A stretch of 24,261 nucleotides of DNA from positions 1-24,261 of IMG/VR virus record IMGVR_UViG_3300025782_000073; one strand, 5' to 3'. This document shows positions 6,200 to 13,742 of this stretch, in pieces (position 1 is the first letter of the stretch; every line of letters starts with the position of its first letter). Under the pieces are notes generated by a model. It made no database searches and had not been told where the DNA came from. It was given only the letters and a program-made list of their open reading frames with translations. The position numbers and the translations under genes were made by a program. This stretch comes from a virus (lineage: Duplodnaviria; Caudoviricetes).

Positions 6200-7000
6200 A
6201 TGAAAATTGAAAACATCAAGCTAGAACACATTCGTATCGATCGCGGCACTCAATCACGCGAGAAGGAAAGTCAAGAGCAGATAGACAACATCGCTGAGGC
6301 GATTAACAACGGCGAAGAGATCGACCCAGCAGTTATCTTTGACGACGGCCAATACTTTTTTCTGGCAGACGGTTTCCACCGCTATCACGCCCACAAGAAG
6401 CAAGGCCAAGCCACCATGCCCTGCATTCGCAAGCTGGGAACCCTGCGTGACGCCCAGATCTACGCCTTCCAAGAGGCAAACAAATTCCAAAAGAGCCTGC
6501 CCCGTAGCCATGCTGACAAGCGCCGCTGTGTGAACTGGTGCTTGGATGACTTGGAATACCAAGACCTTGCCGACCGCGAGATCGCCCGAATGGTAGACGT
6601 TAGCCATGTGTTGGTGAGCCGTATGCGTAAGGAGCGCATGACGCCCAAGGAGGCCAAACCTGCCAAGCTAAAGAACGTGGTCGAACCCAAGCTGGAATTA
6701 TTACCACCTGAGAAAGTGGAATTATTACCAGCAGCCAACGACATGGACGCCGAAGCCATGAATTATTTGCAGGAAGAGAACCAGCGTCTTGAGAAGCAGT
6801 TGGCCGTGGTAGCGATGGAGGCCACGCCCGAAGAGAAAGAATTGGCCAAGACCATGATCGAAGAGCTGCAAGAGGAGGTCAAGATGCTCCGCATTGAGAA
6901 CCAGTCCCTCAAGATCAGTCGTGATACTTACCAAGCAGAGAATGCCCAGCTCATCAAGCAGGTGGGTATGCTTCAGCGACAACTAAAAAAAGCAGCGTAA
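6200..7000 (+). CDS. ParB/Srx-like N-terminal domain protein with HTH and C-terminal coiled coil
   Basis: TQSR...DPAVIF...LADGFHRYHA (ParB-type GxxR box); HTH LADREIARMVDVSHVLVSRMR; heptad-rich C-terminus. Confidence 0.8.
   Translation: MKIENIKLEHIRIDRGTQSREKESQEQIDNIAEAINNGEEIDPAVIFDDGQYFFLADGFHRYHAHKKQGQATMPCIRKLGTLRDAQIYAFQEANKFQKSLPRSHADKRRCVNWCLDDLEYQDLADREIARMVDVSHVLVSRMRKERMTPKEAKPAKLKNVVEPKLELLPPEKVELLPAANDMDAEAMNYLQEENQRLEKQLAVVAMEATPEEKELAKTMIEELQEEVKMLRIENQSLKISRDTYQAENAQLIKQVGMLQRQLKKAA
6693..6730 (+). repeat. Two exact copies of the 14-bp motif TGGAATTATTACCA, 24 bp apart
   Basis: 6693-6706 and 6717-6730; members of the dispersed motif family. Confidence 0.85.
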
Positions 7001-7044
7001 GGTAGCCCAAGCTGGCGGGCTAGTGCCAGCAGTTGAGGGATTGT

Positions 7045-9426
7045 ATGAGTAGCTTAAATTTGCGCGACTACCAAGCGCAGGCGATAGAGTCTCTGCGAAG
7101 GGGCTTTGCGGCGGGATACAGGACACAGATCCTGGTTGCGCCCACAGGGGCAGGCAAGACCGAGATGGCCATTGCCCTGCTAGAGGCGGCCATGAACAAG
7201 GGCAGTAACAGCTCGATGATCTTGGACCGCATTGTCTTGTGTGACCAGACCAGTAAGCGGCTGGAGAAATACAAGATTGATCACGGCGTTCTACAGGCTG
7301 GGCATTGGCGATACCGACCGTATGAAAAGATACAGGTCTGCTCGGCCCAGACGCTGGAGAGTCGCGGGGATTTCCCTGACCTCAAGCTCATGATCGTAGA
7401 TGAGTGCCACCAAACCAGAGCGGCCACGGTGGAGTTCATTAAGAACAACCCGAGCATCAAGGTGATCGGCCTAACAGCCACGCCCTTTACCAAGGGTCTT
7501 GGAAATATTTACGAGCATGTGGTCTCGCCCATCACGACCAAGCAGCTGGTGGAGCAGGGCAGTCTGGTTCCGCTTCGTGTATTCATTGCCAAAGAGATCG
7601 ACATGACGGGGGCCAAGAAGGTCGCTGGCGAGTGGTCTCAGAAAGAATCCACAGAGCGCGGGCTCAAGATCACGGGTGACGTGGTGGCTGAGTGGATCAA
7701 AAAGACCCATGAGATATTCAAGCGTCCGGTCAAGACCGTGGTGTTTGCCTCGGGGGTAAAGCACGCAGAGGACTTGTCACGCAAGTTTGCGGAGCAGGGA
7801 TACAACTTCATCAGCATTAGTTACAAGGATGCCGATGACTTCAAGCGTGACGTGGTCGAAGACTTTTCCAAGCCCGATACAGAGATTCATGGGCTCATAG
7901 CCACAGACATATTGACCAAGGGATTTGATTGTGTTCTGGAGGGATCTCGCGTCCTGACTGAAAGAGGACTTGTTGCCATTGACCAAATTTTGTTAAATGA
8001 TAAGATATGGGATGGTGTGGAGTTTGTTTCCCATCATGGTGTTATTTACAAAGGAGTGAGAGATGTCATCACATACGCCGGACTTACAGCCACCCCAGAT
8101 CACAAAGTCAAAACAGCACAAGGATGGATTGAATTTGGTGAATGTGCGAGACGTGGAATTCCAATCATTAAAACCGGAAATGGTGGGCAAGCGATTCAAG
8201 AACATGAAGGTCAGTTCTCCTTTGGTCTATCTTGCCAACAGACAGACCAACAAAGAGCAACTGATGTGCGAGTGTCTGGATTGTGGCCGCTTGGAATTGG
8301 TGCTTATTTCCATGTTGTATGCGCCTCAATGGGCTGGTTGTTCGGATTGCGCTGCTCCACAGTGGCTTGTTCGTCGATGCAAGGCGCAGAAAGCCAGATG
8401 CACGGATCCATTGCATCCGTCTTATCGGGATTATGGCGGACGAGGAATTCGCTTCATGTTCAGCAGTCCAAGACTGGCGGCGCAATGGATAAAGAAGAAT
8501 ATTGGAATACCAGAAAAAATATCAATCAACATACATCTGGACAGGATCAACAACAATGGTCATTACGAACCTGGAAATCTACGTTGGTCAACTCGGCAAG
8601 AGAACAACTCTCATACGCGTCGAAGCAAGTATGTAGAGCGATTTCATTTGTTTCGTCTAAATTATCCAGAGATCAAATACGCAGACAAGACCCTCAGAAA
8701 TTTGATGGGCTACGGCCTCAGCGACCAGCAGATCATCGAGAGATTCCATCTTCCATCAGACAAGCCAAAGGGCGTGTATGGGACATACTCAACTGCGGTC
8801 CCAGAAATTGCTTTACTTGCGAAGACCTCCTGATTCATAACTGCGCCGATGTTTTTATAGGTATATCTGCTAGGCCCTTCAGTAAATCATTGTCGTCGCA
8901 CATTCAACAGATGGGTCGGGTCATGCGTCCGTCTCCTGGAAAATCCTTCGGTGTCTGGCTTGACCATTCGGGCAACTACATTCGTTTCCGAGAGGATTGG
9001 GATGATGTGTTTGCGAACGGTGTATCTGAGCTGGATGATGGCAAGGAGAAGGCCAAGAAGGAGAAGACAGACAAGGAGAAGGAGGCGGCCAAGTGTCCGA
9101 AGTGTGGCGCGTTGTGGCGGAGCAGTAGTGACACCTGCGCCCATTGTGGCTACATCAAGGAGACCAAGAAGAAGTTGGCAAGTGTTCCAGGTGAGATGGA
9201 AGAATTAACAGCCAATGCAAACCGAGACGAGAAGCAGGAGTTTTGGTCTGAGCTGCAATACAAAGTGAAGGTTGAGGGTTGGAACCCAGGTCGAGCGGCG
9301 CATACCTACAGGGACAAGTTCGGGGTTTGGCCTAGGGGTTTACACGATAACGTTCGAGTGCCAAGTTTGGCCACAGAGCGGTTCATTAAGTCTAGAATTA
9401 TTGCCTACATGAAAGGGAAGAAGTGA
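7045..9426 (+). CDS. Superfamily 2 (RadD/YejH-like) DNA helicase interrupted by an intein
   Basis: APTGAGKT, IVDECH, GLTATP, TKGFD|CADV, QQMGRVMR motifs; C-terminal CPKC..CAHC zinc ribbon; GAGGGA SD before ATG 7045. Confidence 0.92.
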   Translation: MSSLNLRDYQAQAIESLRRGFAAGYRTQILVAPTGAGKTEMAIALLEAAMNKGSNSSMILDRIVLCDQTSKRLEKYKIDHGVLQAGHWRYRPYEKIQVCSAQTLESRGDFPDLKLMIVDECHQTRAATVEFIKNNPSIKVIGLTATPFTKGLGNIYEHVVSPITTKQLVEQGSLVPLRVFIAKEIDMTGAKKVAGEWSQKESTERGLKITGDVVAEWIKKTHEIFKRPVKTVVFASGVKHAEDLSRKFAEQGYNFISISYKDADDFKRDVVEDFSKPDTEIHGLIATDILTKGFDCVLEGSRVLTERGLVAIDQILLNDKIWDGVEFVSHHGVIYKGVRDVITYAGLTATPDHKVKTAQGWIEFGECARRGIPIIKTGNGGQAIQEHEGQFSFGLSCQQTDQQRATDVRVSGLWPLGIGAYFHVVCASMGWLFGLRCSTVACSSMQGAESQMHGSIASVLSGLWRTRNSLHVQQSKTGGAMDKEEYWNTRKNINQHTSGQDQQQWSLRTWKSTLVNSAREQLSYASKQVCRAISFVSSKLSRDQIRRQDPQKFDGLRPQRPADHREIPSSIRQAKGRVWDILNCGPRNCFTCEDLLIHNCADVFIGISARPFSKSLSSHIQQMGRVMRPSPGKSFGVWLDHSGNYIRFREDWDDVFANGVSELDDGKEKAKKEKTDKEKEAAKCPKCGALWRSSSDTCAHCGYIKETKKKLASVPGEMEELTANANRDEKQEFWSELQYKVKVEGWNPGRAAHTYRDKFGVWPRGLHDNVRVPSLATERFIKSRIIAYMKGKK
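7930..8841 (+). mobile_element. Intein (304 aa) inserted in helicase motif V
   Basis: Block A CVLEGSRVLT, block B ATPDHKV, block F RVWDI...CF, block G LLIHN followed by +1 Cys; removal restores TKGFDCADV. Confidence 0.92.
8063..8833 (+). CDS. HNH-type homing endonuclease nested in the +1 frame of the intein
   Basis: AAGGAG 6 nt before the ATG; motifs GKRF, CECLDCG, RCTDPLHPSYRDYGGRGI and LDRINNNGHYEPGNLRWSTRQEN of phage HNH-like homing endonucleases. Confidence 0.85.
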   Translation: MSSHTPDLQPPQITKSKQHKDGLNLVNVRDVEFQSLKPEMVGKRFKNMKVSSPLVYLANRQTNKEQLMCECLDCGRLELVLISMLYAPQWAGCSDCAAPQWLVRRCKAQKARCTDPLHPSYRDYGGRGIRFMFSSPRLAAQWIKKNIGIPEKISINIHLDRINNNGHYEPGNLRWSTRQENNSHTRRSKYVERFHLFRLNYPEIKYADKTLRNLMGYGLSDQQIIERFHLPSDKPKGVYGTYSTAVPEIALLAKTS

Positions 9427-10292
9427 TGGATTTCCTGCAGTTCGCAAGGGCCAAAGGGCTCTTGATGGAAACGTTACCACCGATCGGGGTATGGAAAAGA
9501 TACGCAACAGAAGACCATCCATCTAAGCGCAACGGCTCTGCCAAATACATGGGCACACATGGATTCGTAGTCAACCATGCAATGGACACAAGCGCGGACA
9601 CCTGGAGGCCAGACAGTTCTTATGTAATGGACGCTGCAAAGCAAGCCGAGCTGGCCAGACAGGCGCGTGAAGCTGAGTTACGAACACAGGAATTGAACCG
9701 AGAGGCGGCGCAGAAGGCGGCATGGATACTGAAGCAGTCCCGCTTCGGCCGCCATAAGTATCTGATCAACAAAGGATTTCCAGACGAGGAGGGTAATGTC
9801 TGGAACCAGGATGGTCGGTCATTGTTAATAATTCCAATGCGGCTCGGTGCGCGGCTGGTCGGATGCCAAATGATTGACGAGCAGGGGCAGAAGAAATTTC
9901 TGTTCGGCCAACGGACAAGTAATGCGTCCTTCGTGTTCGACAACAAAGGCCCCAACATATTGTGCGAGGGGTATGCCACAGCGTTGAGCGTTCGGGCTGC
10001 CTTACGCGCCATGAAGCGGCGGTATACGATTCATGTTTGCTTTAGTGCGTCCAACATGATCAAGGTCGCTGCTGGTCTGCCATCGGGGCTGGTGATTGCG
10101 GACAATGATTCGTCGGCCACAGGGGAGAGGGCGGCCAAGCAGATTGGTTGGCCATACTGGATGTCGTCGGTCATAGGCAATGACGCAAACGACGATATGC
10201 AGGCCCAGGGAATCTATAAATTCTCTCAGGGCCTGGTCAGGTCATTGCACCTTCTGGTTGGCCACAATGAACGGTTGAACGGCCAGAATTAG
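9426..10292 (+). CDS. TOPRIM-domain DNA primase
   Basis: LCEGYATA, IADND and DAND TOPRIM motifs; TGATG coupling to the helicase. Confidence 0.85.
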   Translation: MDFLQFARAKGLLMETLPPIGVWKRYATEDHPSKRNGSAKYMGTHGFVVNHAMDTSADTWRPDSSYVMDAAKQAELARQAREAELRTQELNREAAQKAAWILKQSRFGRHKYLINKGFPDEEGNVWNQDGRSLLIIPMRLGARLVGCQMIDEQGQKKFLFGQRTSNASFVFDNKGPNILCEGYATALSVRAALRAMKRRYTIHVCFSASNMIKVAAGLPSGLVIADNDSSATGERAAKQIGWPYWMSSVIGNDANDDMQAQGIYKFSQGLVRSLHLLVGHNERLNGQN

Positions 10293-10445
10293 GGGGTTTT
10301 CCTTTTCGGCCATAGCGAGGTGGTGCATTATTTCCATGCCTACTTCAAGGGCCATTTGGCCTTCGCCCGCATGGTCGGCCATAGCGTATACAAAGCCGGT
10401 GTCGTCTTCGGCCAGGGTGATACTAAATATTGAGCGGGGCTTCAT
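10242..10445 (-). CDS. Hypothetical protein (last gene of the leftward cluster; start uncertain)
   Basis: MKPRSIFSITL...; alternative ATG at 10484; overlaps the primase 3' end convergently. Confidence 0.6.
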   Translation of the reverse strand: MKPRSIFSITLAEDDTGFVYAMADHAGEGQMALEVGMEIMHHLAMAEKENPLILAVQPFIVANQKVQ

Positions 10446-10593
10446 AAATTCGGATGATAACGGTTTGCGCGCCTGGTCGGTCATAGAGCATCGCGGTTTT
10501 GTGGATAGCGCGCACAATGAAAGCCCGCGACGGGGCTTCCATTTCGAGGGTGAATCTGTGCGGGCCTTGCTGCAGGTCGGCGCGCCAGATCAC
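10423..10593 (-). CDS. Small hypothetical protein (56 aa)
   Basis: GTGA overlap with the upstream stop; MIWRADLQQG...IYEAPLNI. Confidence 0.4.
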   Translation of the reverse strand: MIWRADLQQGPHRFTLEMEAPSRAFIVRAIHKTAMLYDRPGAQTVIIRIYEAPLNI

Positions 10594-10682
10594 GGGCGCC
10601 AAACCATCAGGTCGCAGGCGGCCACAATGAGCGCGGCCAAGTAAACGAGCGCGAGAATTATTTTAAATTTGGTCCAAGGCAT
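10590..10682 (-). CDS. Small membrane peptide (30 aa)
   Basis: AAGGAG SD; MPWTKFKIILALVYLAALIVAACDLMVWRP. Confidence 0.55.
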   Translation of the reverse strand: MPWTKFKIILALVYLAALIVAACDLMVWRP

Positions 10683-10686
10683 GGGT

Positions 10687-10869
10687 TTAGCTCCTTTGCC
10701 ATTGGGTGGCCTTGCGTGCTTCATGGCGGCCAATATCGATCAGGCGTCGGGCTTCGGTCCGGTCGTTGATTTTTTCGGCTTGGATCATTAGTCGCAGGAT
10801 CTCGGCCGGGGTTTTCCCCCTTTCGTATCTGTATCCGGCGTCAATGTAGGCGTGTTCGGTGTGTTTCAT
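10687..10869 (-). CDS. Hypothetical protein
   Basis: 60-aa ORF with ATGA overlap. Confidence 0.65.
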   Translation of the reverse strand: MKHTEHAYIDAGYRYERGKTPAEILRLMIQAEKINDRTEARRLIDIGRHEARKATQWQRS

Positions 10870-11009
10870 GTTGTCACTTCCTCATTTTTGCCAAAATAAA
10901 AAAACTGCGTCTTATTTGCTACCCATGCGGTTCGACTAGATTTTTTAATCCAAATCCCCCCAGCGAAATAAAACTTATCGCCTATTGTTATCTCTTTAAA
11001 AGTTTTCAT
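10866..11009 (-). CDS. Small hypothetical protein (47 aa)
   Basis: AAGGTG SD, ATGA overlaps; MKTFKEITIGDKFYFAGGIWIKKSSRTA. Confidence 0.6.
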   Translation of the reverse strand: MKTFKEITIGDKFYFAGGIWIKKSSRTAWVANKTQFFYFGKNEEVTT

Positions 11010-11182
11010 GCTGTCACCTTGTCGAGTTGGTTAAGTTTTTCCTGTAAGCGTTCAATGGCTCTCATGCACCGTTCTTTCTGCATTTTGTCGGGCGTATAGG
11101 CGATGATGTGTTTCTGCCAATCAATGTCGCGCTGTAATCCTTGGCGGATGATTTCGGCTCTGGTCAATTGAAAAGTGTTCAT
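11006..11182 (-). CDS. Small hypothetical protein (58 aa)
   Basis: AGGTG SD, ATGA overlaps; MNTFQLTRAEIIRQGLQRDIDWQ. Confidence 0.6.
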   Translation of the reverse strand: MNTFQLTRAEIIRQGLQRDIDWQKHIIAYTPDKMQKERCMRAIERLQEKLNQLDKVTA

Positions 11183-11355
11183 TCTTTCACCTGTAAAAGT
11201 TCGGTTCTAATTGTTTCTTGGTCGTAGTTTTCATCTGGTTCCGGCTCAACCGTGAATTGATCGTGTGCGGTCATTTCGGCCTCGGCTTCGCTGTTGGCCA
11301 TGATTTCGACTGTTTTGGTGATCGTGGCCTGTATGGTTACGGCGTAAAGTTTCAT
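11179..11355 (-). CDS. Small acidic protein (58 aa, DpnD/PcfM-like pattern)
   Basis: GGAGG SD; MKLYAVTIQATITKTVEIMANSEAEA. Confidence 0.6.
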   Translation of the reverse strand: MKLYAVTIQATITKTVEIMANSEAEAEMTAHDQFTVEPEPDENYDQETIRTELLQVKE

Positions 11356-11363
11356 GCTTCCTC

Positions 11364-11630
11364 CTAGGCGTAACGTTTCTCAATGATTTCAACGGCGTAA
11401 TTAACAGCGTGGAAAAAGTCCTGCGGGTAGAATTTCCGGCTGACGTAGGCCAGAGCCTCGCGGATTTGTTGGTCGGTCGGTTTTAAATCACTTTCAATAT
11501 CTGCAAGATGATTTGTAATGTCATCGGGCGTGACAGTTAGCATTTCATAGTGTCCGAGCTTCTCGTTTATTTGCTTTTTCAGCTTGTAGAGTTCGGCGTT
11601 TGTCATTTGGTCAAGGTTAAATTGTGTCAT
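11364..11630 (-). CDS. Hypothetical protein
   Basis: GGAG SD before MTQFNLDQ; 88 aa. Confidence 0.7.
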   Translation of the reverse strand: MTQFNLDQMTNAELYKLKKQINEKLGHYEMLTVTPDDITNHLADIESDLKPTDQQIREALAYVSRKFYPQDFFHAVNYAVEIIEKRYA

Positions 11631-11631
11631 T

Positions 11632-11817
11632 TCATGCTCCATTCTTTGCGATTAAATTAAAAGTTTTCCAGTATGCGAGGGCGTTTTTGTAGTCGTCCGT
11701 TCGCACTTTGTCGGTTAGGTTTCCGGCGGCGTTGTAAAGTTTCACAACCCAAAGCCCATCGTGATAAACCTTGTCTAAAACAGTCCAGCAGCCATTTTTT
11801 TGGGTTTTTATTTTCAT
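11632..11817 (-). CDS. Hypothetical protein
   Basis: GGGGAG SD before MKIKTQKNG; 61 aa. Confidence 0.65.
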   Translation of the reverse strand: MKIKTQKNGCWTVLDKVYHDGLWVVKLYNAAGNLTDKVRTDDYKNALAYWKTFNLIAKNGA

Positions 11818-11827
11818 GTCTCTCCCC

Positions 11828-12001
11828 TTAATAACGTGATGCGGGCACGCCATTGGCGCGGGCTTTGGTGATTGCGATCTGTGCGGCGCGATAGCTTTTT
11901 AACGTCCGGCCTATAAAATGTCCCGTGTCGTCCGTGATATAGCAGGCGGCACGGTCGCAGCGCCCCTGTATAAACATTCCGTTGTAATAGTGCGTAAACA
12001 T
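11828..12001 (-). CDS. Small hypothetical protein (57 aa)
   Basis: AAGGAG SD; MFTHYYNGMFIQGRCD...SYRAAQIAITK. Confidence 0.6.
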   Translation of the reverse strand: MFTHYYNGMFIQGRCDRAACYITDDTGHFIGRTLKSYRAAQIAITKARANGVPASRY

Positions 12002-12010
12002 GGCGTCTCC

Positions 12011-12337
12011 TTAGTGCTGGCGATAAACAAACCCGCCGGACACTTCACCAACTAAAACGCCCTCATCCTCTAAATACTGGCGCACTTGCTCGGCTTGTTC
12101 GTCCTCGTTTTCGTTTTCGTCAATTTCTATTGAGTAATCAGCGGCGATTGATTGCCAAGAGCCCTCGGCAAAGTCGCAACAAATAGCGATCACATCTAGT
12201 TCCAAATCCTCTCCGGCATCAGCTTCCCAATTCTCCAAATACTCAAAAAGAACGCTTAACCCCTCATAAGAAAAGTTTTCAGGGCGCAGGGATTTAAAAG
12301 CGTTTTCAAAATCAGAACGATAAACGGTTTGCTTCAT
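12011..12337 (-). CDS. Highly acidic phage protein (possible DNA mimic)
   Basis: 108 aa rich in D/E and aromatic residues (FSYEGL..LFEYLE...ELDVIAICCDF). Confidence 0.75.
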   Translation of the reverse strand: MKQTVYRSDFENAFKSLRPENFSYEGLSVLFEYLENWEADAGEDLELDVIAICCDFAEGSWQSIAADYSIEIDENENEDEQAEQVRQYLEDEGVLVGEVSGGFVYRQH

Positions 12338-12417
12338 TTCTCTCATCCTTTCGGTTTGTTACTGTTCGGGCGGTTGCCCCGTAAACCCTGACCAGCAGGG
12401 CTTACAGTGCAGGGCGC

Positions 12418-12591
12418 TTAGAATTCCTCAGCGTAATCCTCAAGTGACGTTACAAGCCCGTCAAAATCCTCAGAAGGGCCAAGCATGGCGGCGAGGGCGT
12501 AAACAGTTTCTCGGGGGTATTCTTCACACAGGCTGTCGAGGTAGGCGCGGCGATTGGCGAAGCCGTTGGCGGTGTAATCGTTCATTTTCAT
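12418..12591 (-). CDS. Small acidic phage protein (57 aa)
   Basis: AAGGAG SD; NGFANRRAYLDSLCEEY...LGPSEDFDGLVTSLED. Confidence 0.65.
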   Translation of the reverse strand: MKMNDYTANGFANRRAYLDSLCEEYPRETVYALAAMLGPSEDFDGLVTSLEDYAEEF

Positions 12592-12597
12592 TTCTCC

Positions 12598-12816
12598 TTA
12601 GTTGCTGAGTAATTGACCTGAGCGGCCTTTGGTCATGGAGTGGTTAAAAATCATGGTCGGTGAATAGTCGGGCGGGAATAGGATCGATTCCGTCCATGTG
12701 AAGTGTTCCAAAGTGTCGGGCTTTGCCTCAGGCTCGAAAATCCAGCCTCCTGTGCCGTGTTCATGGCGATAGTCGCGGGCTGCTTGTGCTGTGGGGAATG
12801 TGCGGAATGTGTGCAT
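12598..12816 (-). CDS. Hypothetical protein
   Basis: AAGGA SD before MHTFRTFPT; 72 aa. Confidence 0.65.
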   Translation of the reverse strand: MHTFRTFPTAQAARDYRHEHGTGGWIFEPEAKPDTLEHFTWTESILFPPDYSPTMIFNHSMTKGRSGQLLSN

Positions 12817-12827
12817 TGGGTGTCCTT

Positions 12828-12971
12828 TCATTGGTTGCGGCCAGCTATCAAGCGGCCGGTGAATCGGTTGTGAATGCGTGCGGTTGGGCTGCAGGCTGCA
12901 AGCCAGGCCAGGGCTTCGGACCAGGTCCAAGCGGTGCGGTCGGTCCCGTAGGTGTCGGTTATGCGATACAT
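12828..12971 (-). CDS. Small hypothetical protein (47 aa)
   Basis: MYRITDTYG...; ATG 1 nt after the upstream stop. Confidence 0.55.
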   Translation of the reverse strand: MYRITDTYGTDRTAWTWSEALAWLAACSPTARIHNRFTGRLIAGRNQ

Positions 12972-12972
12972 G

Positions 12973-13173
12973 TCAAACCCCGGCGCAAACATAAAGCCAA
13001 TGAGTCGCGTCGCGTTTGGTTGAATATTCGCGGTCAAGTTTCCACCGTTCGGCCGTTTTTTCCCAAACCTGCCAGGCGATGTTAGGCGTCGCGTTTCCGT
13101 TGTAGTTTTCCTGGCGGACCAGGTAAAAATTCTTTTCGCGGTTTTTGATTGTTTCGGGTGTTGGTGTTTGCAT
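12973..13173 (-). CDS. Hypothetical protein
   Basis: 66-aa ORF in the leftward cluster. Confidence 0.6.
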   Translation of the reverse strand: MQTPTPETIKNREKNFYLVRQENYNGNATPNIAWQVWEKTAERWKLDREYSTKRDATHWLYVCAGV

Positions 13174-13211
13174 GGTGTTTTCTCTAGGTAAGGGGCCTTG
13201 GCCCCGTTGGT

Positions 13212-13400
13212 TTAAACAATGAATTCCGGGTTGTTGGTGATGTTGTGCTCAGTGGCCAGGACCAGAATTTCAAGCTTGGTGGCCTTGCTACGGGTGGCGC
13301 GATAAAGGGCTGACAATGCGCGGGCCAGGTAATCGGCGCCGAGTCCGGCTGCAGCGAATTGCAGGGCTTTGTTAATCTCGCGGGTTTCTGATTTGGTCAT
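13212..13400 (-). CDS. Hypothetical protein (first gene of the leftward cluster)
   Basis: 62-aa ORF; AAAGG SD; downstream of a sigma70-like promoter. Confidence 0.7.
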   Translation of the reverse strand: MTKSETREINKALQFAAAGLGADYLARALSALYRATRSKATKLEILVLATEHNITNNPEFIV

Positions 13401-13453
13401 GGTTTGCCTTTCGGTTGGTTGCTTAAGGTGTGTTATCAGTTAGCACAGGTGTT

Positions 13454-13481
13454 AATGTAGCAGTTATATTGCATGTGTCAA
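13454..13481 (-). promoter_or_regulatory. Sigma70-like promoter driving the leftward small-gene cluster
   Basis: TTGACA-16 bp-TACATT on the minus strand. Confidence 0.6.
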
Positions 13482-13610
13482 CGGATGATATAGGTTCTTT
13501 ACAATTCTTTACATGGCATACAGTAAAACCACTGTATAGACAAGGCCCGAAGGATCGCGGCGCGATTCGAGCGGCTCAGGCGAAGCCGTGCGGCCTGTGT
13601 GTGGCCAAGG

Positions 13611-13658
13611 TGGAATTATTACCAGGGAGAGAGATCCGACAGGGTGGAAACGTTACCA
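13611..13658. promoter_or_regulatory. Pair of 14-bp operator-like motifs upstream of terS
   Basis: TGGAATTATTACCA at 13611-24 and TGGAAACGTTACCA at 13645-58. Confidence 0.65.
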
Positions 13659-13742
13659 GGGGACCGGCTGCAGGGACCAGAGATAAACCCGGCCAGGCGT
13701 GCTAGGTTTTTTTTCTGTTTTTGTTCTGGTAGTCTCGCGGGC

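Noticed and set aside
6985-7045. -1 frameshift at A AAA AAA fusing the ParB-like protein to the helicase
   Set aside because: The -1 frame is the helicase frame, but it contains TAG stops at 7003 and 7021 before the helicase start.
7930-8841. Group I intron or sequencing frameshift explaining the helicase insertion
   Set aside because: The helicase frame is continuous and has complete intein motifs at both junctions.
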